Notes: generated from the letters alone by a model not told the origin. A stretch of DNA of 64,000 bases from Candidatus Moraniibacteriota bacterium (GCA_029865125.1 JAOUHN010000001.1:1360-65359); one strand, 5' to 3'. Shown: positions 30,555 to 42,859, numbered from the stretch's first letter. A program made the numbers and translations.

Positions 30555-31523
30555 ATGACGAAACGAAAGAATGTGGTATGGAACTTAACTAAACTGTGTC
30601 CATTTGGATGCACCTTCTGCTGTGTGTCAGCAACTTACGTTAAAGGTTTTAAACAAGTTTTTTCTGTCAATGATGATACGCCTGTGATTGAAAGTGAATT
30701 ATCCTTCAACAAACAGTTGCAAGTAATTGATCAATTGGATGCTGAAAAGTTTAGGATCGACTTTTCAGGAGGAGATGTATTGATAAATCCACGAAACATT
30801 GATCTAATTATCTTGGCGTCTGAAAAATTTGGAGCGGAAAATATTGGGTTAAGCATCCCTGGCACATTTACAACTCCAAATAATTTAAGTAAGTTAACTG
30901 GAAGGATTAATGATGTTGAGATTACGATGGATACTACGCCGGATATAAATTATTCTTATCGTCCGCTAAATTATGCTGAACACGCTTCTGATGCTATAGC
31001 AAGATTGGTAGACGCAGGATTTTTTGTTGGAGTACAAACCGTGTTGCGCAGGGAAAATATGTTTAAAGAGACGATTAAAAGACTACACAAGCACTTATTG
31101 CTGCTTGGGGTAAAAAAATGGAGTTTTTTAAAATTTGCTCCTGTGGGAAGAGGCTATAGTAAGTGTGAAAATCATCCCAGTGACGAAGAATACCGTAAAT
31201 TTTCTGACGTCATAAAACACGTAACCCTGAACTCAATGATTGAGGTACATTATCAATACCTGATGCCGTTGAGTCCTGCAAGAGACTTTTATTGTCGTGC
31301 AATTAAAGATTCTATCGGCATTGCGCCAGACGGGACTGTAAGTTCTTGCTTTTGGGCTTTTAATCAAAATGGAAAACCTTTTGATGATGTTGTGTTAGGC
31401 AAGGTTCCAGAGGATAACATCCTTGATATTTTGAAATCTGAAAAAGCAAGAGAATGGCTTTCATATGGTAAAACCAAAAATTATTGTCCCCTTAAAAAAA
31501 TTCTCAGAGGAGGAGTGATATGA
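30555..31523 (+). CDS. Radical SAM protein with C-terminal SPASM/twitch-like Cys
   Basis: WNLTKLCPFGCTFCC (CxxxCxxC), FSGGD, PVGRG, C...IAPDGTVSSC; AGGAG SD. Confidence 0.9.
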   Translation: MTKRKNVVWNLTKLCPFGCTFCCVSATYVKGFKQVFSVNDDTPVIESELSFNKQLQVIDQLDAEKFRIDFSGGDVLINPRNIDLIILASEKFGAENIGLSIPGTFTTPNNLSKLTGRINDVEITMDTTPDINYSYRPLNYAEHASDAIARLVDAGFFVGVQTVLRRENMFKETIKRLHKHLLLLGVKKWSFLKFAPVGRGYSKCENHPSDEEYRKFSDVIKHVTLNSMIEVHYQYLMPLSPARDFYCRAIKDSIGIAPDGTVSSCFWAFNQNGKPFDDVVLGKVPEDNILDILKSEKAREWLSYGKTKNYCPLKKILRGGVI

Positions 31524-32494
31524 ATTATGCATTGATGACTTTTCTTTACAATTTTTTTGACCTAGGTTGCTTTTTATGGAGCATGCAACTTTTCGGACTA
31601 AAAGAAGGGTCCATTATTTTTGTCTTTGCAAAAATTGGAAGACTCTCTGTAGAAACCATCAAAGTAAAGTCGTTCCACATTGTTTTTGGAGTATTCTTCT
31701 TCGGAATAGTTTTGGGAATAATCTCCGTGTACACTACCTGGTTATTTACTTGCCTAGGAGCCCCTTTTGTTATATTTGGCATATCCAAAATAAGGGAATA
31801 TTTTGGGATATTAGAAAAACCGCCCAGAAGGTACAAAATACTATCCAGAATGGTAGGGTTTTGTTTGGCTCCACTATTTAACTTTTGGGTTTTAATTCCA
31901 TTTTTTTGCTATTTAGCTTTTAGCTTGCGCAATCAAAATGAGATTAAAAGTGAGAGGAGAGCACCCCTTTTCCCTTATTTAGAACAACACGAATGGCAAT
32001 ATACATTACTAATCACTCATCAGATTCATTATTTTGCATACGCATTTCTGGTGCCGTACACAGCATGTGCCATTTTCAACGTAAATATCATGTTTGCTGG
32101 AATCATTTTTTTTATTGGTTGGGGCGCATATAACCTGTACGAAAAAATTCTAGCGCATAAATTAAAATACGTTGCTTATGGGCACTTCATTGCCGGATTT
32201 GGAGTTTGCATCATATTATTCTTTCAGCAAAGCTTACTGGCGTTAATTATCGGTTGGTTTATAACTGGAATTGGTGGTGGAACTTTTTATATTATAAAAA
32301 GTAAGCTACCAGATGACATCGGGAAAGCAGAAGTTGTAGAGCTTTGGGGTCAGTTACTCGGAATGGCCTTATTTGCTATAGGAGTAAATTTCGCAAATAG
32401 TAGTTATCTCTATTTTTCTGCTATAATATTTGCAACCGCAACATCCGTAATCGCATTATTTTTAGAGAAAGACTATGTCAGAAATAACAGCTAA
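31520..32494 (+). CDS. Polytopic membrane protein (MFS-like)
   Basis: About 10 TM segments; ATGA overlap with the upstream radical SAM gene. Confidence 0.8.
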   Translation: MNYALMTFLYNFFDLGCFLWSMQLFGLKEGSIIFVFAKIGRLSVETIKVKSFHIVFGVFFFGIVLGIISVYTTWLFTCLGAPFVIFGISKIREYFGILEKPPRRYKILSRMVGFCLAPLFNFWVLIPFFCYLAFSLRNQNEIKSERRAPLFPYLEQHEWQYTLLITHQIHYFAYAFLVPYTACAIFNVNIMFAGIIFFIGWGAYNLYEKILAHKLKYVAYGHFIAGFGVCIILFFQQSLLALIIGWFITGIGGGTFYIIKSKLPDDIGKAEVVELWGQLLGMALFAIGVNFANSSYLYFSAIIFATATSVIALFLEKDYVRNNS

Positions 32495-33275
32495 AACAAT
32501 AATTACCAAGAGTAAGCTTCCAGAAGTGGACTACTGTTTTAATCCCTACATCGGCTGTACTCATCGTTGTGCCTATTGCTATGCCAGGTTTATGAGTAGA
32601 TTCACTGGGCACACAAACGAAAAATGGGGCACCTATCTGGATTGGAAGATTAATGCCCCAGAACTCTTAAGAGAGGAGGCTTCTCGAATCAAAAAAAAGG
32701 GCGGTGTGGTTATTCTTGGCAGTGTAACTGATTGCTATCAACCCATAGAAAGCAAGCTTGAGTTGACACGTAAGTGTCTGGAAGTGTTTTTGGAATACCA
32801 GATCCCAATTTCTATCCTTACAAAAAGTAGTCTGGTTGAGCGAGATTTTGACTTACTCAGTCAGCTTAAATATTGTGAGATAGGGATTAGCTTAAGTATT
32901 CTTAACAAAGAACAACAAAAAGCTCTCGAGCCCGGAGCTTCGAGTCCAATGGAGCGAATTAGGGTTCTGAAAAGAGCTTTCGATTTAGGCTTAAACACCT
33001 ATGCCTTTATTGGGCCAATTCATCCATTCCTTGGAGAAACGGAGAAGGTTATTAGGGAAGTTTGTCCATATGTTAATTTCATTATGGGTGAAATTCCAAA
33101 TCTCCGTTGTGGCAACTGGAAAGACTTTAGTCAAACATTGAAAGAGCTAAAGATTAATCCAGTAGATTATAGAAAAGTCGCCGAAAGCGATGAATTTTAT
33201 AAAAAAGCCGATGGACTGCTTAAAAAATTGTGCGAAGAATGTTCCGTAGAATATAGAGGCACATTTAAGCACTAG
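32475..33275 (+). CDS. Radical SAM protein, spore photoproduct lyase-like (SPL/Rv2578c-like) family
   Basis: FNPYIGCTHRCAYCYA, GSVTDCYQPIE...TRKCL, ILTKS, LEPGASSP.ER. Confidence 0.92.
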   Translation: MSEITAKTIITKSKLPEVDYCFNPYIGCTHRCAYCYARFMSRFTGHTNEKWGTYLDWKINAPELLREEASRIKKKGGVVILGSVTDCYQPIESKLELTRKCLEVFLEYQIPISILTKSSLVERDFDLLSQLKYCEIGISLSILNKEQQKALEPGASSPMERIRVLKRAFDLGLNTYAFIGPIHPFLGETEKVIREVCPYVNFIMGEIPNLRCGNWKDFSQTLKELKINPVDYRKVAESDEFYKKADGLLKKLCEECSVEYRGTFKH

Positions 33276-33292
33276 GCTCTTAAATTTAACGC

Positions 33293-33330
33293 TCCCCAGT
33301 AAGATGTATCTTACTGGGGAGTTTTATTTT
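33293..33330 (+). terminator. Intrinsic terminator
   Basis: ctccccagtaagat-gt-atcttactggggag followed by a T-rich tail. Confidence 0.85.
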
Positions 33331-33714
33331 TGGGTAATCAATAAAACAAATCTGTCGAGGTTAATAGCTTAAAATTTTCTTTATTTTCAAGCAAAAAAGT
33401 TCGAACTTCGTTCACTTGTCCCCGCAAACGAATTGAGGCTTTTTTAAGCCTCTTTTTTGATACAAAATTTTGGACAAAGATACAGACTCGAATTTTTAAA
33501 GCGAACAAGAAGAAAGAAACTCTGATTCAAAAAATGAGCCTAATTTATTGATTTCCTCTTGTTTTTTTGAAAAATTCCTTCATACTAAAGGCGCTAAGTT
33601 AGTCAGAGAAGCACGGCTCAAAAAGACAACTAACTCCTTAAAGCAAATGACTGAAAAGAGGCTGAAAAATGAGTGCCATAATAATAGTGTGCTTAAAACA
33701 CAGCAGTAACATTT

Positions 33715-34203
33715 ATGACTATTAAAAAATATATAATTTCTGCAGGATTGATATTTAATAAAAAAAATCAAATTCTTTTAGTCAAACACACCCCAGAGTT
33801 TGGATCGGATTATTATTGGACTGTCCCTGGGGGCTCGGCTAACGAGAATGAAGATAAGATAACCGCTCTGTTAAGAGAAGTCAAAGAGGAAACAGGAGTT
33901 GATATATGTAAAATAAGCAAACTTGTTTACAAAGTTAAGCACATTAATTACAAAAGAGAGTGGGATCATGACATTTACACTTATAAAATTGATAATTGGA
34001 AGGGTGACTTGGTGATAAATGATCCCGATAATGACACAGTTGATTTGAAATGGTTTGATATAGATAAAGCAATTAATGTGCTTAAGAAAAATCCATTTAG
34101 AGTTATAAAAGAGCCGTTGATTGATTATCTAATTGGAAAAGAACGAATAAAAAACTGGGATTATTTAGAAGATAAAAACGGAAAAATAGCGCGCATTTTA
34201 TAA
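33715..34203 (+). CDS. NUDIX hydrolase
   Basis: PGGSANENEDKITALLREVKEETG Nudix box. Confidence 0.93.
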   Translation: MTIKKYIISAGLIFNKKNQILLVKHTPEFGSDYYWTVPGGSANENEDKITALLREVKEETGVDICKISKLVYKVKHINYKREWDHDIYTYKIDNWKGDLVINDPDNDTVDLKWFDIDKAINVLKKNPFRVIKEPLIDYLIGKERIKNWDYLEDKNGKIARIL

Positions 34204-34369
34204 AAAGCCTATTTTAGGGATAGTTTTGTTTAAGTGCTAGCTTATTTTTTATTCCCCCAAAACCAACCTCTCTCACAACAAAAAAGTGAATAAGATGAAA
34301 TACATAGGTAACACTATAAATTTAGTAAAATTAAAAAATAATAACTTAAAATAATTAAAATTCCATACC

Positions 34370-34559
34370 TGTCATTCCGGAAAATATATTTTTCAGTCTG
34401 AGTAATCGAAAACTTGAAAAATAGTTTATCCGGAATCTACGCTAACAATAGCCCCAGAATTACTATATCATCTCAGATTATATACAGCGTAGATTCCGGA
34501 TAAGTTAATTTCTTTGAGCTCGATTACTCGCTCAAGAAATTATACTTTCCGGAATGACA
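34370..34559. repeat. Long composite inverted repeat (REP/MITE-like)
   Basis: Nested arms tgtcattccggaaa/tttccggaatgaca, gagtaatcga/tcgattactc and ttatccggaatctacgct/agcgtagattccggataa. Confidence 0.85.
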
Positions 34560-34632
34560 AGATAAAGAGAAAGGCTTCAATTAATTCTTAAACTTAGTAT
34601 ACCATGCGTGCTATTTTAATACTCAAGAGAAA

Positions 34633-34806
34633 ATGAAGGTGATTGCTAATCTCACGGACAAATATCTGAATGAAAAAAGCATAACACCTTCTAAAGTTTT
34701 AGAGTTCATGGGATGCGCACCTGCGGCCATAAAGCAAATTGAATCCGGAATCACCCTCCAGGATCCCTATGTAAAGTTTCTTATGCTGATCGTTAAAAGT
34801 GATTAA
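34633..34806 (+). CDS. Small (57 aa) XRE/Cro-like HTH protein or remnant
   Basis: MKVIANLTDKYLNEKSITPSKVLEFMGCAPAAIKQIESGITLQDPYVKFLMLIVKSD; below the ORF-track cutoff. Confidence 0.45.
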   Translation: MKVIANLTDKYLNEKSITPSKVLEFMGCAPAAIKQIESGITLQDPYVKFLMLIVKSD

Positions 34807-35055
34807 AATCACACGACAAATACAAATCTTTACTTCCACCTAGAACATAGATTAACATCTTAGTTCCAGGCGGTTTTTTATTTCCCAAAAACCAATTTCT
34901 CACACAACAAAAAAGGCTTCGGGGTTTGAATTCGGGGTTTGACGTTTAGCATTGACATTTCTTCTTTTTTGGCCTATCCTGGACTATCTGATTTAATTCC
35001 ACCACACCGCGCAATACTTTATCAATCCAATTATTTCTGCTACCATATAAACATT

Positions 35056-36216
35056 ATGAAAACTTTTTTACTTCGTTATCAAAAAAAAATCGTCTTCTCT
35101 GCGCTAGCTTTATTATTGCTTGCGCTTTTTGGCATTGGCGCTTTTTGGGTTGATTCCAAAACTCACCCTTTTTCTTCCAAGCAACAATCCATTGAAAATA
35201 CTCAGGTCGATTCACCCAGCATAACTCCTGAAATTGAGATCCTCCCCTCAACACCCGAAGCTCCTGAAGAATCAATGGATGCTCCAACTGAAGAATTAGT
35301 GGAAGAATCAACCGAGGAGACTACTCTTGAAAATGAAGAGGGAGAAGAAGAATTGGCAACCACAGAGGAGCTAGAAATGTTGCCACCTGTCACAAAAACT
35401 CATGGATCAGACGAACTTCGAATTGGTTTTTTGACGGATCTTCATGCAAGATCCAATGCTGGGATTCCAGAATCTAATCGAGTCATCAAGCCATTCTTTA
35501 AAAACATAATCACTTCTTTTGTCACACAAATGAATAATGATTTCGGGGCTGACTTCTTGCTTCTCAATGGAGATGTAATTGAAGGAACAGGAAGAAATGC
35601 CACTGTTGGAATGGGCGAGTTGAAATCACTGAAAAAATTGTTCGATCTCACTCAAATCAAAAAATATTGGGTCATCGGGAATCACGATGTTCGCGCTGTG
35701 AACAAAAAACAATGGCAGCAAGCACTTGAAATTGACTATTTGTACGACTACTTTGATAAAGGTGACTACAGAATCATCATGCTGGATAGTAATTTTGATG
35801 ACCTAGACAAAAACATCGCACCTGGAGATTATTTTACTCGAGGAGGTGTTTCTCAAAAACAACTTCAATGGCTAGAAAGAGCTTTGGACACAAAAAAAAC
35901 AAAGATTGTTTTCATGCACCACCCTCCGCTTAAAAATATCGGGATTCATCCTGATTCAGGATTACTCTACAATGCCCCTGAGCTTCAAGAGATCTTTTCA
36001 AAAAACGAAGTAACCGCTGTATTTTTCGGACATCTTGAATATTCCTATCAAAGCGAAGTGAATGGTGTCAAATATTTCATGATTCCCGGCGCCACAAAAA
36101 ATGAGAACTACCAAGGAACTTTTGCAGAAATCAAAATCAAAAACCAGACTATTGAACTAACTCTCAACTATCTCGACAAAAGTGGATTCTATAAATCAAA
36201 AAAGGTTTTTAACTAA
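35056..36216 (+). CDS. Membrane-anchored calcineurin-like metallophosphoesterase
   Basis: TDLH, NGD, GNHD, MHHP, FFGHLE motifs; N-terminal TM and acidic linker; start taken at MKTFLL. Confidence 0.92.
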   Translation: MKTFLLRYQKKIVFSALALLLLALFGIGAFWVDSKTHPFSSKQQSIENTQVDSPSITPEIEILPSTPEAPEESMDAPTEELVEESTEETTLENEEGEEELATTEELEMLPPVTKTHGSDELRIGFLTDLHARSNAGIPESNRVIKPFFKNIITSFVTQMNNDFGADFLLLNGDVIEGTGRNATVGMGELKSLKKLFDLTQIKKYWVIGNHDVRAVNKKQWQQALEIDYLYDYFDKGDYRIIMLDSNFDDLDKNIAPGDYFTRGGVSQKQLQWLERALDTKKTKIVFMHHPPLKNIGIHPDSGLLYNAPELQEIFSKNEVTAVFFGHLEYSYQSEVNGVKYFMIPGATKNENYQGTFAEIKIKNQTIELTLNYLDKSGFYKSKKVFN

Positions 36217-36291
36217 ACCCACCTCTATTTCAGTTTAAACAAAAACAAGGTTTTACACCTTGTTTTTGTTTTTCCAAAAATATTTTTCAAT

Positions 36292-37512
36292 CTAATTAAT
36301 GTTTTCCATAAGACCATACATTGGTTGAAGCATGGCTACTGCAAAGAATCCAACGGCACTTCCCATGACAACCATAAGCACTGGCTCGATCACAGAAGAA
36401 AGGTTTTTTGTGATCTGATTTACTTCCTCCTCATAGAACTCCGCTAATTTCAAAAACATAGACTCACTTTTTCCTGTCTCTTCTCCAACCTCAGCCATTT
36501 GACCCACCAATGGAGGAAATATTTTCTTGTTCGAATTGATAATACTACTCAAAGAAACACCTTTTTGAATGTCTTCGGAAGCTTTGGCTAAAACACTCTT
36601 ATATTCATAATTTGAAAGAGTATTAGAAATAATGTCTAGCGCATCAAGAACTGACACACCACTCTTGAGAAGAGAGCTATAGATTCTGGAAAATCTAGCA
36701 CAATTCACCTTAATAACAATATTCTTCGTTATTGGAGCATTCAACACCAAAAAGCTCAGTGTTTTTTTTCCAGGAACGGTTCCCAAAAAAATTTTCAAAA
36801 ATATTCCTCCGACTACAACCGCAATGGCAATAGCAACGAGATTATTTCTGAGCAGATCACTCGCATCCACAATGAATTGAGTGCTGGCTGGAAGCTCTAC
36901 ATCCATGTCAGCAAATACTCCTGTGATTTTAGGAAGAATATACGTGAGCATCAAAACTCCAACACCACTCATAGCCACAACAATCACAGCTGGATACATC
37001 ATCGCCCCCTTCACTTTGCTCCGAAGCGCGCTTTCTTTTTCAAGCTGAATTGCAACAATTGTGAGTACTTCTTCCAAATTTCCTCCGATTTCTCCAACTC
37101 GCACCATGTTTACAAATAAATCATCAAACGCGTTTGGATGTTCTGCCATTGATTCACTCAAACTTTTTCCCGCTTGAATGTCTTTATACATCTTTGCCAG
37201 GATTCCTTTGAAAGTCTTGTTCTGTACCTGAACTGAAAGATTGTCCAATGCTTTTCCGATGCTGAGCCCTGATTCAACCATCACGGCAAGATTTCTTGCA
37301 AATATCATCTTTTCCTTAAGCGGAACAGAAAACAAATTGAAATTCATCTTAGTTTTGATTCCTTTTTCCTGGTCTTTAGACTCTTGAATTGAAGTCACCA
37401 AAAAACCCTCGGCCTTAATTTGAGCAACCGCTGATTGTTCAGTTTTTGCTACGATTTCTCCCCCTTTGGTCTTTCCATCATAGCTTTTTGCTGTATACAA
37501 AAACTTTGCCAT
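36292..37512 (-). CDS. pilC: Type IV pilus/T2SS inner-membrane platform protein PilC/GspF
   Basis: GEIGGNL, AMMYPA, GEETG, IEPVLM..MG..VG...AMLQPMY. Confidence 0.95.
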   Translation of the reverse strand: MAKFLYTAKSYDGKTKGGEIVAKTEQSAVAQIKAEGFLVTSIQESKDQEKGIKTKMNFNLFSVPLKEKMIFARNLAVMVESGLSIGKALDNLSVQVQNKTFKGILAKMYKDIQAGKSLSESMAEHPNAFDDLFVNMVRVGEIGGNLEEVLTIVAIQLEKESALRSKVKGAMMYPAVIVVAMSGVGVLMLTYILPKITGVFADMDVELPASTQFIVDASDLLRNNLVAIAIAVVVGGIFLKIFLGTVPGKKTLSFLVLNAPITKNIVIKVNCARFSRIYSSLLKSGVSVLDALDIISNTLSNYEYKSVLAKASEDIQKGVSLSSIINSNKKIFPPLVGQMAEVGEETGKSESMFLKLAEFYEEEVNQITKNLSSVIEPVLMVVMGSAVGFFAVAMLQPMYGLMENIN

Positions 37513-37533
37513 ATTTTTTTACCCTACACTAAA

Positions 37534-39318
37534 TTATTCCTTTGTTACTCTCAACACCTCTTCTACGGAAGTAATTCCTTGAAGTGCTTTCAAAAATCCG
37601 TCTTCAACCATGGTTGACATTCCATTTTCTTTAGCTTGCTTCTCAATAACTTCCGTTGCAGCGGCCTGTGAAACCAATTTTCTAATCGATTCATCCATTT
37701 CCAAAACCTCATAGATTCCCATTCTTCCTTTATATCCGTCACTACATCTCTCACATCCTTTTTTCCTAAAAAAACTAACCGTTGTCCATGTGTCTTTTGG
37801 TTTTATCTTTCCCTTGAGCGCATCAGCACTCTTAACAAATTCTAGAATTTCATCCATATTATAACTATCTCGAAGTGTAGCAAGTTCTTTTTCGTTTATC
37901 TTATATTCTTCGCGACATTCTGGACATAGTTTTCGAACCAAACGTTGCGCGATTATAACATTTACCGTTGAAGCTACCAAAAAGGGCTCCGCACCCATAT
38001 CCAAAAGACGAGGAAGTGTAGCTGCAGCACTATTTGTGTGAAGAGTGGAGAGAACCAAATGACCTGTCATAGCAGCATGCATGGCAATTTCCATAGTTTC
38101 TTGATCGCGAATTTCTCCAACCATGATAATATCCGGATCTTGACGAAGAAGCGAACGCAAAGTAGCTGCAAAAGTAAGATTTATCTTAGGCTTAATTTGA
38201 GTTTGATTCACTCCGCTCATTCGATATTCAACAGGATCTTCCGCAGTACTAATGTTTACTTCAGGAACATTCAAAATATCCAAAACGGTATACAGAGTGG
38301 TTGTTTTTCCGGATCCCGTAGGTCCAGTCACCAAAATCATTCCGTTTGGCTTATTAATTTCTCTATGAATAATCTCAAGTGGTCTTGGCTGAAATCCCAT
38401 CATTTCCAAAGTGAGACCCTTGGAAGACTCATCCAAAAGACGCATTACGATCTTTTCTCCATCAAAAATAGGAAGGATGCTAACACGAAAAGAAATTTTA
38501 TACCCCTCTTTTTCAATTTTAAATCTTCCGTCTTGAGGAAGTCTGTGTTCATCTAACTTTAAGTTAGATAAAACCTTAATTCTCGCTACAATTCCCGGCA
38601 AAACCTGCTTTGGAAGAGTCATGGCTTCGTGCAAAATTCCATCAATACGATAACGAACGCGCACTTCTTTTTCATCTGGCTCAATGTGAATATCACTTGC
38701 TGACTGCAAAATAGCATGCTTAAGAAGTGTGTCCACCACACGCACAACAGGAAGATCTTCTGCAACCTTTGCCAAATTTTGATCCTTATCATCACCTTCC
38801 TCATCACCTTCTTTGCGAATACCTGTTGTAACTCCCTCCAAATCCTGCGAATCAGTGTCGATAATATCTCCAAATTCTGCTTTTAAACTCTTTTCATATT
38901 GCTTAATCGCAGCCTCTAGCGCTTCTCTTGAAGCAATACAAGGAACGATTTTGAGTCCTGTCTTTTTCTTAATAAAATCAATGGTTTGCAAGTCATCCGG
39001 GTGAAGCATTGCCACTCTCAATTCTCCTCCTGTCTTTTCAAATGCAACAATGTTGTGTTTTTTTGCAATGGGCTCAGGAATAATTTGCAAAATTTCCGGA
39101 TCAATTTGATTTTTTCCCAAATCGACATATGGAATTCCCAAAATATAAGCACGCATTTTCCCCAACTCTGCCTCATCCACAAGCTCCGCTTCCAGCAACA
39201 AGTCACCGAGTTGCTTCCCGGTTTTTTCTGCATCTTGAAATTTTTGCTCCAAAACCTTCGGATCTACTAATTCTGCATCCAAAAGGAATTCTTTTAACTG
39301 TTGATTTCCGATTCTCAT
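37534..39318 (-). CDS. pilB: Type IV pilus assembly ATPase PilB/GspE
   Basis: ASDIHIEP, PQDGR, GPTGSGKTTT, LRQDPDIIMVGEIRD, TGHLVLSTLHTN, Zn-binding Cys. Confidence 0.96.
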   Translation of the reverse strand: MRIGNQQLKEFLLDAELVDPKVLEQKFQDAEKTGKQLGDLLLEAELVDEAELGKMRAYILGIPYVDLGKNQIDPEILQIIPEPIAKKHNIVAFEKTGGELRVAMLHPDDLQTIDFIKKKTGLKIVPCIASREALEAAIKQYEKSLKAEFGDIIDTDSQDLEGVTTGIRKEGDEEGDDKDQNLAKVAEDLPVVRVVDTLLKHAILQSASDIHIEPDEKEVRVRYRIDGILHEAMTLPKQVLPGIVARIKVLSNLKLDEHRLPQDGRFKIEKEGYKISFRVSILPIFDGEKIVMRLLDESSKGLTLEMMGFQPRPLEIIHREINKPNGMILVTGPTGSGKTTTLYTVLDILNVPEVNISTAEDPVEYRMSGVNQTQIKPKINLTFAATLRSLLRQDPDIIMVGEIRDQETMEIAMHAAMTGHLVLSTLHTNSAAATLPRLLDMGAEPFLVASTVNVIIAQRLVRKLCPECREEYKINEKELATLRDSYNMDEILEFVKSADALKGKIKPKDTWTTVSFFRKKGCERCSDGYKGRMGIYEVLEMDESIRKLVSQAAATEVIEKQAKENGMSTMVEDGFLKALQGITSVEEVLRVTKE

Positions 39319-39379
39319 TTTGTTTTTATTTTTTTATAAGATGCCGATATGTGTCTAGAATAGCTTGCATTTGCAAAAA

Positions 39380-39751
39380 CTAACTCATGATGGATCTTAT
39401 TTTTTCCACAATTTCTTGCAACTTATAATCTCCTTTTACTAAATAGTTAGTAGCACCGAGCTCCAGTGCTTTCTCAATATTATCTAAACCAGCCAAATTA
39501 GTCAGAATTACAACAGGAATATCTTTGATTTTCTCATCTTTTTTTATTTCCGCCAAAACTTCATATCCATTCTTTCGAGGAAGCACAATATCAAGCAAAA
39601 TCAAATCAGGCAACTCTTTCTTTGCAACCTTAACTCCCATTTCACCATCTGATGCAGCCATTGCTTCGAAATCTTCTTTTTTCAAAAATTCCATCAATGT
39701 ATCTCTCAGTATAGCGTCATCTTCTATTAACAATATTTTATTTTTTTTCAT
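39380..39751 (-). CDS. Single-domain response regulator
   Basis: LIEDD, PDLILLDIVLP, VVILTN, YLVK. Confidence 0.95.
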   Translation of the reverse strand: MKKNKILLIEDDAILRDTLMEFLKKEDFEAMAASDGEMGVKVAKKELPDLILLDIVLPRKNGYEVLAEIKKDEKIKDIPVVILTNLAGLDNIEKALELGATNYLVKGDYKLQEIVEKIRSIMS

Positions 39752-39759
39752 ATTTTTCC

Positions 39760-40725
39760 TTATCTCTGGGCATCTTTCTTATTTATTGGAAAAGAAAAGC
39801 AAAACAAACTTCCCACATGTTCAATTGACTTGAACCACATATCACCACCAGATTGATCGATTGTATTTTTAGCAATATATAACCCCAATCCAGTTCCTGA
39901 TGTTCGAAGCTTCACTGCATTCTCACTTCTAAAAAACTTTTCAAAAATGTTATCCTGCTGATCTTCTGGGATTCCTACTCCATTATCCTTCACGCAGCAA
40001 ACAACTTTATTTTTTTCTTTTCTCAAAGTCACCTCAACAAAGCCGTCTCGATCCGCATATTTAATCGCATTGGAAATTAAATTTTCAATTACAATTGCAA
40101 TTCTTCTCTTATCTCCCGTAATAGACGGAATTTCTTTGTCAATAATCACATTTATCTTAGCCCCGAATTTTTTGGCCAAATCCTTATTATTCGCAACTAC
40201 CTCTTCAACAAGCTTATCTAATTCTATTTTTTCATTTGCCAAAAAAAGGTTTCCTTGATCAATTCGAGCAACATCCAGCAGGTCTTTCACAAGTCGACTC
40301 ATTTCATCATTAGCAGAAACAATCCTGCTAATAATCTTTTCTTGTTCCTCATTCAATCCCTCTCTGTGCTTGAGAAGCAACAACTCAGCTGCCCAACTCA
40401 CTTTGGAAAGTGGAGTTTTCAATTGATGAGAAGCAATGGAAACAAATTCTGACTTCATCTTATTTGCCTGCGCTACCACTTCAAAATTTCGAATAACCAC
40501 ACTACCTAGAGCAAAAATAATCGCAACTGTCAAAGCTTCCGTAACCACTAGTGTTTCTACGGATCTATTGTCTCGAAGAAGATAATATAAAATCAACATT
40601 GAAGAAATACTCACCACTCCCATCATGATAAACATGAGGCTCGGAGCTTGCCAAACGCTTACTCCAAGATTTTCTGCCTGCTTTTTTATATTAAACTCAT
40701 TTGCAAGTCTTCGTGCTAATTTCAT
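39760..40725 (-). CDS. Sensor histidine kinase
   Basis: Two TM helices, ASHQLKTPL (H box), NLISNAIKY, DNGVGIP, FEKFFR, GTGLGL. Confidence 0.96.
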   Translation of the reverse strand: MKLARRLANEFNIKKQAENLGVSVWQAPSLMFIMMGVVSISSMLILYYLLRDNRSVETLVVTEALTVAIIFALGSVVIRNFEVVAQANKMKSEFVSIASHQLKTPLSKVSWAAELLLLKHREGLNEEQEKIISRIVSANDEMSRLVKDLLDVARIDQGNLFLANEKIELDKLVEEVVANNKDLAKKFGAKINVIIDKEIPSITGDKRRIAIVIENLISNAIKYADRDGFVEVTLRKEKNKVVCCVKDNGVGIPEDQQDNIFEKFFRSENAVKLRTSGTGLGLYIAKNTIDQSGGDMWFKSIEHVGSLFCFSFPINKKDAQR

Positions 40726-40894
40726 TTATTTTTGTTTTTATTTTTATCTCTCGCTAATATCACCCGTTCAATTTTTTCATGCTATGTTATGAAAATATTA
40801 TACCACAATTTTATTTAAAAACATAACACAAAAAAATCCCTTGCTAGCAAGCAAGGGATTTTTTGTTTTCCATTTTCTTTTTTAGATCTCAAGA

Positions 40895-42583
<1,689 letters not shown>

Positions 42584-42588
42584 TTACT

Positions 42589-42615
42589 TTAGCACTCTTG
42601 CTTTCCAAGTGCTAA
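42589..42615 (-). promoter_or_regulatory. CIRCE element (HrcA operator)
   Basis: TTAGCACTC-N9-AAGTGCTAA, one mismatch to the TTAGCACTC-N9-GAGTGCTAA consensus; 38 nt upstream of groL and just downstream of TTGACG-N17-TAATAT. Confidence 0.93.
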
Positions 42616-42776
42616 TTCATATTATTAAATTTTATTTTTCTCGTCAAGAAGGCTCTGGAAACATGAAGCATAGAGCATAAAACATGGAACACAAATCAAA
42701 ACTCATCAGTTAGCTTACACGTACGTGCTGCATATCCTATACTACCCCCCCCCAATCAACTTTGCAGACCTCAATA

Positions 42777-42859
42777 ACTTTACGGACTTTATGGACTTTA
42801 CGGACTTTATGGACTTTACGGACTTTACGGACTTCCAGGACTTTATGGACCTTACGAAC
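42777..42859. repeat. 9-bp tandem repeat (ACTTTAYGG), about 9 units
   Basis: actttacgg actttatgg actttacgg actttatgg actttacgg actttacgg acttccagg actttatgg. Confidence 0.92.

Noticed and set aside
30555-31523. Prokaryotic viperin
   Set aside because: Lacks the viperin N.H....CN..C..CF context and has SPASM-like C-terminal Cys; treated as a generic radical SAM protein
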